Shown here piece by piece: positions 57,381 to 64,000 of a DNA stretch of 64,000 nt; the stretch's first letter is position 1, and each line of letters opens with the position of its first letter. The notes below the pieces were generated by a model. That model was not told where the DNA came from. It worked only from the letters and a program-made list of their open reading frames with translations, and did not search any database. Origin of the DNA: Bdellovibrionales bacterium (GTDB taxonomy: Bacteria > Bdellovibrionota > Bdellovibrionia > Bdellovibrionales > DASUEL01). The stretch covers positions 1 through 64,000 of the forward strand of contig JBFWOZ010000009.1 of assembly GCA_050250255.1 (NCBI GenBank). The letters are read 5' to 3'. A program made the position numbers and the translations under genes.

Positions 57381-59867
57381 TTAAAGCTCGACGAGCTTTT
57401 CCTGCCAATGAGAAATTTTAACGAGAGCTTCTAAAGGCGTAAGTCGAGAGATATCCATCTCCTTCAACTCCCCAAGCATCGCCGACTCTTGCCTAGTCTC
57501 TTCACTCTTTGTCTCTTGAGAAAAGAGATTCATTTGCGATGTGAGCTCTTGCGGCTCGGATTCAAATTGATGGAGAATTTGCTCCGCCCGACGAATCACA
57601 CTTGTGGGTAATCCCGCAAGTGCTCCCACCTGAATTCCGTAAGATTGTCCTGCAGGGCCTGGCTTCAATTGATAGAGAAATTCCATCTGTCCTTTATGAT
57701 CACGAATCTCCATATGCGCATTTGTTAAGTGAGGAAGTTTCTCAGCAAGAATTGTCAGTTCATGGTAGTGGGTCGCAAAAAGTAAAGTTGCGCGCTTTTC
57801 TGAAATCAAATGCTCTAGGATCGCTTGCGCCAAACTCATTCCATCAAACGTGCTTGTGCCCCGACCAATTTCATCAAGAATCACAAGCGCGGTCGGCCCC
57901 GCTTCTTTAAGAATCTCTGCCGTCTCTTTCATCTCCACCATAAAGGTGGAAAGACCTTGAGAGAGTGCATCGTTGGCTCCAATACGCGTCCAAAGGCTTT
58001 CAAAAATTGGCAGCTTCGCGGTGGCTGCCGGGATAAAACTTCCAATCTGAGCCATTAAAACGGCGCAAGCGACCTGTCTCATAACTGTGCTCTTCCCTGC
58101 CATATTCGGACCCGTTAGAAGTATCCCGTGACCTACAGAAAGATCGACGTCGTTCGCAACAAAAGTTTTTTGCATTTGAGCCAAGAGCTGCTCAACGACG
58201 GGGTGCCTCAATCCCTGAACTCTTATGTTACGTTCAACTTTTTCGTCATGAAAGTTCGTAAGTTCTGGGCGTACATATTTTTGCTCATTCGAAAGCCAGG
58301 CGAGAGAACTAAATACGTCGAGCTCCGCAATCACCCCAGCGAGCACAAGATAATCACGAATTCTCTCTAGAACACGCTTCTTAAAATCAACAAAAAGTTC
58401 AAATTCAAAATCCAGCCGCTGAGTGCGAGCGGAAAGGATTTTTTGCTCGAGGAGATTGAGCTCCTCAGTGGTAAAACGCTCACCGGTGCTTAAGGTTTGC
58501 TTACGCATATAATAAGAAGGAGCTTTTTCGGCATGGGTTTTTGTCAGCTCAATGAAGAAGCCAAAGACGTTATTGTATTTGACCTTTAGCGATGAAATTT
58601 TCGTTGATTCGCGCTCACGCGCTTCAATTTGCAAAAGTTTTTCTTGAAGATTTGAAGTTAAGTCTATGTATTCATCAAGCTTTTCATTGTAGCCTTTTTT
58701 AAAAATTCCGCCTTCTTTAGGGGACAGCGGCAAATCTTCGGCGAGAGCCTTCAGCGCCTCTTGCGAATCTTCATATATTTTCTGGAATTCTTTAGAGGAA
58801 ATTCGCTTATGTTCATGAAGGAGCTCGACGGCGGCCGCAGTAGATTGCATGAGACTGAGCAAATCTCTTCCGCCACAGGCTGGGAGATAGAATTTGCAAA
58901 CACGTCGTTCGATATCTCCAATGGCCATAAGCTGTTCACGAAGCCTTTGAAGCTTGGTGTGCTCCGACGCCCAATGAGCAATTTGATTTTGACGATATTG
59001 AATTTGTTCTTCGTTCACTAACGGAAAGGCGAGCCAGTTTCTTAGCTTTCGAGCGCCAAGAGATGTGCGAGTACGATCGATCGCCCAAAAAAGAGAACCC
59101 TTTTTTTCGCCGTGGTAAGTTTCAAAAATCTCGAGATGTCGCAAAACCTGAGGGCTGAGCCGCATACGCTCGTAAAATTCTCGCTGCTCAAAAACTAAAG
59201 ATTGAGTTTCAAAGCTTGGGAGTGCTTGTTGAATGTACTCAGTCAGTCGCTCTTGAGAGGACCTCTCATCTGTCACAACGCTGAAACAAAATGGAATTTC
59301 AAGTTTCCAGCTTTCGATCAAAACCTTTTGCTTTTCGGTACAGACAATTTCTTTAGGGCTGATTAATTCTAAAATGCGCCCCTTCTCTGATGGCTTCACC
59401 AAAAAGAAAAAGGCCTCACCAGTACTGCTATCGACAAAACTCACTTCCTGGTCGTCAAAGGCCGCAATGTAGTTTGGTCGGTCATTGGCTAAGGCGTCTG
59501 GATCGTAAGCCATTCCGGGAGTTAAAATGCGAGTGATGCCTCTTTTCACAATGCCCTTGGCTTGTTTTGGATCCTCGAGCTGATCACAAATGGCGACTTT
59601 ATGGCCCGCATTTAAGAGTTTATTGATCGGGCCCGCAACGCTGTGATGAGGCATCCCACACATGGGCGTCTCATCTTGTGCTTTTTTATTTCGACTCGTT
59701 AAGGCGATGGAAAGAATAGGTGCCGCAGTTATGGCATCATCATGAAACATTTCATAGAAATCCCCCATGCGGAAAAGGACGATTTTATCAGGATGGGCCG
59801 ACTTGATTTCCCAGTACTGTTTCATAAGTGGAGTCATAGGCCGAAGATCCCCTTCCTCATGGCTCAA
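57381..59867 (-). CDS. mutS: DNA mismatch repair protein MutS
   Basis: TPLMKQY, FRMGDFYE, TGPNMAGKST, STFMVEM, DEIGRGTST, FATHYHEL. Confidence 0.97.
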   Translation of the reverse strand: MSHEEGDLRPMTPLMKQYWEIKSAHPDKIVLFRMGDFYEMFHDDAITAAPILSIALTSRNKKAQDETPMCGMPHHSVAGPINKLLNAGHKVAICDQLEDPKQAKGIVKRGITRILTPGMAYDPDALANDRPNYIAAFDDQEVSFVDSSTGEAFFFLVKPSEKGRILELISPKEIVCTEKQKVLIESWKLEIPFCFSVVTDERSSQERLTEYIQQALPSFETQSLVFEQREFYERMRLSPQVLRHLEIFETYHGEKKGSLFWAIDRTRTSLGARKLRNWLAFPLVNEEQIQYRQNQIAHWASEHTKLQRLREQLMAIGDIERRVCKFYLPACGGRDLLSLMQSTAAAVELLHEHKRISSKEFQKIYEDSQEALKALAEDLPLSPKEGGIFKKGYNEKLDEYIDLTSNLQEKLLQIEARERESTKISSLKVKYNNVFGFFIELTKTHAEKAPSYYMRKQTLSTGERFTTEELNLLEQKILSARTQRLDFEFELFVDFKKRVLERIRDYLVLAGVIAELDVFSSLAWLSNEQKYVRPELTNFHDEKVERNIRVQGLRHPVVEQLLAQMQKTFVANDVDLSVGHGILLTGPNMAGKSTVMRQVACAVLMAQIGSFIPAATAKLPIFESLWTRIGANDALSQGLSTFMVEMKETAEILKEAGPTALVILDEIGRGTSTFDGMSLAQAILEHLISEKRATLLFATHYHELTILAEKLPHLTNAHMEIRDHKGQMEFLYQLKPGPAGQSYGIQVGALAGLPTSVIRRAEQILHQFESEPQELTSQMNLFSQETKSEETRQESAMLGELKEMDISRLTPLEALVKISHWQEKLVEL

Positions 59868-59950
59868 GTCGACACATGATACGGTGAGTTGAAGGTAAAT
59901 TTCTCGACCATCGTTGAGTTTTTAAAACGAGCCGCCGAACAACTACCTGC

Positions 59951-61099
59951 ATGATTTTACGTTGGATGGTTTTTGTTACAATTGGAATACTTTTGGGTTT
60001 GAACGACATCGCACTAGCGAATAACTGCGCGTGTGAAGAGATCGTCTGCACTCCCTGTCAGCAAGAAATTGATGTCAAGTTTTATACGGAAAATTGCGGA
60101 AACAAAGGACAAGTCAAATCCTGTAAAAAACCTGTCTGCCAAGATATAAGTCCACTTCCAAAGCATTGCCAAGCAACTCTCCCAAAAACTCAAGAGCCTC
60201 CTAAATCAGTAACAGCTGTAAAACCAGAAGTTCCCGCTGTTAAAAAATCTGTTGGAACTGTGCTCTCGTCTTTAGGGCAAGTGACTGTGTTTCGAGAAAA
60301 AATTGAAAACCCTCTCAAACTCGGTCAAGGCGTATTCAATGAAGATATCATCAGAACAGGTGAAGATGGCAAAATAAAAATTATGTTTCTCGACAAAACA
60401 ACTGTAAGTCTTATTCCAAAATCAAAAACGCAAATTCAATACGAAGGCAAACCTGGCGAATCCAAAACTCTCCTAGATCTGATGTATGGAACGATTCGTA
60501 GCACTGTCACTTCTAACCAAGAGCACAGCGAGCATTTTCAAATTCGTACACCTTCTGCCGTTGCGGGAGTTCGAGGCACCGACTTCATTACAACTTATTA
60601 CGAAACTTCAAAGATCACTAAAGTTCAAACTCTTGAGGGCAGCGTTGAGCTCAAGTCTCTTGCGGGAAAAAATAAGGTTCTTGTCTCTGGTGGTTACTAC
60701 GCGAGTTACGTCATCGATAAGGAACATCAGGGTTCAGACTCGAGCTCAATGAAGTATTTAGATGCTGGTTTTTTAACCCCACTTGAAAAACTCACCCCTG
60801 ATCAAAAAAATGAGATTCTTTCTAAAACCCAGATTCATACCGAACGCACCATTGCCGCTCATAAAACGATAGAAAAAACGATCATCTGCCGTGCACCCGC
60901 CGCAAAATTCAATGAATGTTCGTGGACTTGTAAGAACAATCCTCAAGGTGCAAAAACTTGTCGCACAGACTTGCCTCGAGTCTCTTGTGTGAGAAAACGT
61001 TGTGATGCCAACGGGAACTGGTCCGATGATCAGCGCCTCCCGGCGAGCGACGCCCATAAGTGCGAAGCCACCATCACCACCTCCCCTTGCGACTACTAA
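59951..61099 (+). CDS. Secreted FecR-like domain protein with Cys-rich termini
   Basis: IRTGEDG, TPSAVAGVRGTDF, LEGSV; signal peptide. Confidence 0.8.
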   Translation: MILRWMVFVTIGILLGLNDIALANNCACEEIVCTPCQQEIDVKFYTENCGNKGQVKSCKKPVCQDISPLPKHCQATLPKTQEPPKSVTAVKPEVPAVKKSVGTVLSSLGQVTVFREKIENPLKLGQGVFNEDIIRTGEDGKIKIMFLDKTTVSLIPKSKTQIQYEGKPGESKTLLDLMYGTIRSTVTSNQEHSEHFQIRTPSAVAGVRGTDFITTYYETSKITKVQTLEGSVELKSLAGKNKVLVSGGYYASYVIDKEHQGSDSSSMKYLDAGFLTPLEKLTPDQKNEILSKTQIHTERTIAAHKTIEKTIICRAPAAKFNECSWTCKNNPQGAKTCRTDLPRVSCVRKRCDANGNWSDDQRLPASDAHKCEATITTSPCDY

Positions 61100-61184
61100 A
61101 AGGTGCGCCGCTCCTTTTGGTAGCAATGGTGCGTCAACGCTTTTCAATTCAAAGATTTAACGCGAATATCACTTTTTTCCCTAA

Positions 61185-61276
61185 GCTCGAGTGGCGAAAC
61201 TGGTAGACGCACAGGACTTAAAATCCTGGGGTTCGGTTAAACGGCCGTGCCGGTTCAAGTCCGGCCTCGAGCACCA
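61185..61276 (+). tRNA. tRNA-Leu (anticodon UAA), CCA encoded
   Basis: GCTCGAG acceptor stem, D-arm TGGCGAAACTGGTAGACGC, CAGGA-CTTAAAA-TCCTG anticodon arm, long variable arm, GGTTCAAGT, ACCA end. Confidence 0.96.
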
Positions 61277-61490
61277 ACATTTTATTTCAAAAATGAGTTC
61301 ACAAAAGATTTGTGTTTCAAATCGGTAAAAGAAATCTGGCAGGTTACGGTCATAGTCGCATGTAGAAATTTATAGCTACAACCCACTGATAAAAAATTTC
61401 AGTACTCGTGAAAAACCTTATTCTTTAATAGAGATATCTAAAACAAATTTGAAGCTGCATTAAAAGGAGAAATCAAATAACATTTCTGGA

Positions 61491-62423
61491 ATGTTAGATC
61501 CGACTTGTGCCTCCAAAACTTCCGCAGATACGGCCCAAATCATTGGGCAAAATGCGGCTCAACTGGCTCTCATTGAAGTGAGTCTTGGAAGTCTCGTACA
61601 TGCATTTAAAATTCCTTTTGGTGGAACACTTCTCTCGCTGAACCAAACTTATTTTCTTGTTCGAGTAGGGCAGCAGACCAAAAACCACCCCTCTGCTTCG
61701 ACGCTACCCTTCTCTGTCTCCTGTATTGTCGCGATGCTCAAAAGCCTTGCTCCAGCGGGAAATAAACTTGCGCCTATGGTGAGTATTAGCATGCAGGGCT
61801 TTCTTTTTTCGCTGCCCCTTATGGTTTTTGGAGTCAGTTCCCCTGCCCTTATCTTTGGCGCCGCTCTATCAAGTGTCTGGTCTGTCCTCCAGCCTCTTCT
61901 TTCTTACTATGTTCTCTTCGGACCAGATTTGTTTCTTGCCGCAGAGTCTCTCGCAAAGAAGACTTTTCCTTTTTGGAATTTATCTGTCACTCATCTTCTC
62001 CAAGCTCTTTTCGCACTTATTCTCGTAAAAGCGTTTGTAGCCGTAGCTCTTGCACTTCTTGCTCTCAAAAAAGAGGATTCATTATTCCCGGTGACTCCAA
62101 CAATAATAAAGACTTCGACAAAAAAACAAAGCTTTTCTCAAAGCCCACTCCTTTTGGCGCTTAAAGACCTTCTTCGACCGCTTTTTATATTTTCTTTTTT
62201 AATGACAGGTGTGTTCCTGTATCACGTTGAAAGCGACTCTTCTCAACTCATATGGAAGCTGCTCAGACCTATCGCCATAGCATTTCTATTCTTTTATATC
62301 TCGCGAACTTTTCTGATTTCAAAATTATTAGGTAAGCTAAAAGACACCCGATGGGATTTTCTCCATCGGGCCTATGAAATTGCGCTTCAGCAAATGAATA
62401 AACTGAGCCGGAAGGCGATTTAG
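61491..62423 (+). CDS. Multi-pass membrane protein of unknown function
   Basis: Several hydrophobic helices; EVSLGS..HAFKIPFGG. Confidence 0.7.
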   Translation: MLDPTCASKTSADTAQIIGQNAAQLALIEVSLGSLVHAFKIPFGGTLLSLNQTYFLVRVGQQTKNHPSASTLPFSVSCIVAMLKSLAPAGNKLAPMVSISMQGFLFSLPLMVFGVSSPALIFGAALSSVWSVLQPLLSYYVLFGPDLFLAAESLAKKTFPFWNLSVTHLLQALFALILVKAFVAVALALLALKKEDSLFPVTPTIIKTSTKKQSFSQSPLLLALKDLLRPLFIFSFLMTGVFLYHVESDSSQLIWKLLRPIAIAFLFFYISRTFLISKLLGKLKDTRWDFLHRAYEIALQQMNKLSRKAI

Positions 62424-62935
62424 AGCGCTCGTACTGTTGCAATAATTGCGGGAGCTCGTCGTAAATTTAATTTAGCATCACGGATATAAATCAACGCTTG
62501 CTTTTGACTTAGGCGACCAGCTGCCATTTTATTACAAACTTCTGGTTCAAGGGGATCGGTGATTGTGTAAACCGATACGTGTTGAGGCCAAAGATTATCT
62601 ACATTGTTACTTCCACCTGCGCAAAGAGGGAAAAAGTGATCAATTTTATATTGAGATCTTTTGCTCTCTTCAATGTGGTAGCCAAGCTTCGTATTATACA
62701 TTCGAATGATCTGCCACTTCAGCGAAGTTTCTACGCTTCGAGTACAATAAGCAATCTGCTCTGGGTAGCGGTAGGTATTAGGATTCGAACAGAGAGAACC
62801 CCTCGTGAGAGTCTGATCAGGACTCACCGGATAGACCGTATTTTTTTGTGGAATTTCGTAAGCGAAAGAAAAACTGCTTACAAAAGTTATGACACTTAGA
62901 ACACTCGCAACGTAGCGAACGAAAGAACCCCTCAT
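62420..62935 (-). CDS. Secreted HNH/His-Me finger-like protein
   Basis: Signal peptide; IDHFFPLCAGGSNNVDNLWPQH; GGAGG RBS. Confidence 0.7.
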   Translation of the reverse strand: MRGSFVRYVASVLSVITFVSSFSFAYEIPQKNTVYPVSPDQTLTRGSLCSNPNTYRYPEQIAYCTRSVETSLKWQIIRMYNTKLGYHIEESKRSQYKIDHFFPLCAGGSNNVDNLWPQHVSVYTITDPLEPEVCNKMAAGRLSQKQALIYIRDAKLNLRRAPAIIATVRAL

Positions 62936-63070
62936 TTTGCCTCCAAATAGTGATGCATTTACGGTGCATCGTAGAAACGCCAGACCTTATAACTGACTTA
63001 TACTTGTAGTAACTAAATCCAACCTGCATCAGCCTGGAAAGAGTGGCAACTAGAAAAAGAAGGCATAACG

Positions 63071-63985
63071 CTATGCCATGGAATTAAATAACCATGCAGC
63101 TCCACGCACCCCGCTCGAATCTCCGTACTTTGCTTGTAGGAGACGAGTGGAAATTCCATCTGAAAAAGCATACTGCTGAAGTCGTGCTGGAACCTCGGAA
63201 TAAATTTCCTGCATGTTCGAAACACCTCCGCCCAGAACAATCGCTTCTGGATCGAAAACGTTAATCACTTGTGAAAGGGCGCGTGCGATGCGATCGAAAA
63301 AAAGTTCCAAAGTTTGCATCGCCGCCGCATCCTTTTGATGAAAAGCTTCATGAATTTCTTGGACTGTTTTTTTCTTTTGAGACTTTAAAAAATATTCTTT
63401 TTCTATGCCCGTACCGGAGAGATAAAGTTCGTTACACAGCCGCTTTCCGCAATAGCAAGCTTCACGCTTCCACTCTTCTTCTGTGGGCCACGCAAGGGCG
63501 CAATGCCCCCATTCTCCAGCGATCGCATTTCCCCCGACGATAATTTTTTTCTCAAATACGAGACCGCCACCACACCCCGTTCCAAGAATCACACCAAAAA
63601 CCGAATTAAAAATTTGTGCAACCCCATCGGTTGCTTCAGAAAGAGCAAAACAGTTTGCGTCGTTGGCTAAACGCACCGGCCGATGCAAAAGTAATTCTAG
63701 ATCTTTTGCGAGGGGTTTACCGATGAGGCAAAGAGTATTGGAGTTTTTAATAAGTCCTGTGCGAGGAGAGACGGCACCAGGGATACCAATCCCCACCCCT
63801 ATCTTCTCGTCAAACCCAATCAAGCTTTGAGCAGTATTCACTAGATCTTTAAGTGCATTTAGGATACGGGCGTAGTCATTTTTTGGAGTCGGAACTCTTT
63901 CACGATAGAGAATGTTTCCCGACATATCGAGCACACATATCTCTATTTTCGTTCCGCCTAAATCCACACCCACACGATGCTTCAT
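63071..63985 (-). CDS. ROK family sugar kinase (fructokinase Mak-like)
   Basis: GVDLGGTKIE, NDANCFALSEA, GTGCGGG, AGEWGH, CYCG..C, GDSSGVRGAA. Confidence 0.9.
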   Translation of the reverse strand: MKHRVGVDLGGTKIEICVLDMSGNILYRERVPTPKNDYARILNALKDLVNTAQSLIGFDEKIGVGIGIPGAVSPRTGLIKNSNTLCLIGKPLAKDLELLLHRPVRLANDANCFALSEATDGVAQIFNSVFGVILGTGCGGGLVFEKKIIVGGNAIAGEWGHCALAWPTEEEWKREACYCGKRLCNELYLSGTGIEKEYFLKSQKKKTVQEIHEAFHQKDAAAMQTLELFFDRIARALSQVINVFDPEAIVLGGGVSNMQEIYSEVPARLQQYAFSDGISTRLLQAKYGDSSGVRGAAWLFNSMA

Positions 63986-64000
63986 GTTACCCCTATTCAA

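Noticed and set aside
61185..61490. tRNA-Leu as an island integration site
   Set aside because: The downstream DNA is AT-rich, but no integrase or duplicated tRNA 3' end is visible.
1..64000. CRISPR array, prophage or IS transposase
   Set aside because: No regularly spaced short repeats, cas, phage or transposase ORFs seen.

Overview
A 64 kb bacterial window (roughly 40% GC by eye). The many secreted hypotheticals, solo LuxR, Cys-rich FecR protein and orphan minor pilins suggest a predatory Bdellovibrionota/Oligoflexia-like organism; this is an inference. Core genes: waaA and a GT9 transferase, a purine operon (purM-N-orf-B-C-S-Q-L-F) running into peptidoglycan recycling genes (ldcA, serine hydrolase, mpl), acnA, a pseudouridine synthase, yfgM-bamB, potABCD, an m5U methyltransferase, mutS, tRNA-Leu(UAA) and a ROK kinase. 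Two things stand out. (1) An accessory locus at ~35.5-47.5 kb holds four tandem lipoprotein paralogues with a near-invariant C-terminus and a hypervariable Cys-paired aromatic loop. They show mosaic/gene-conversion signatures, sigma54-type promoters, a shared 11-7-11 palindrome and one apparently promoterless copy. Upstream lie an operon (two constant/variable secreted paralogues, a TPR-wHTH-HTH regulator, a trypsin-like protease with an internal peptide repeat) and a further secreted gene. (2) A >1262-aa ORF missing from the ORF track (1..3786, minus) has a signal peptide and an apparently intact atypical kinase active site. Its full-length paralogue at 32060..35323 has lost the catalytic segment and is adjacent to a large subtilase gene. 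All alignments were done by eye; no searches were run.
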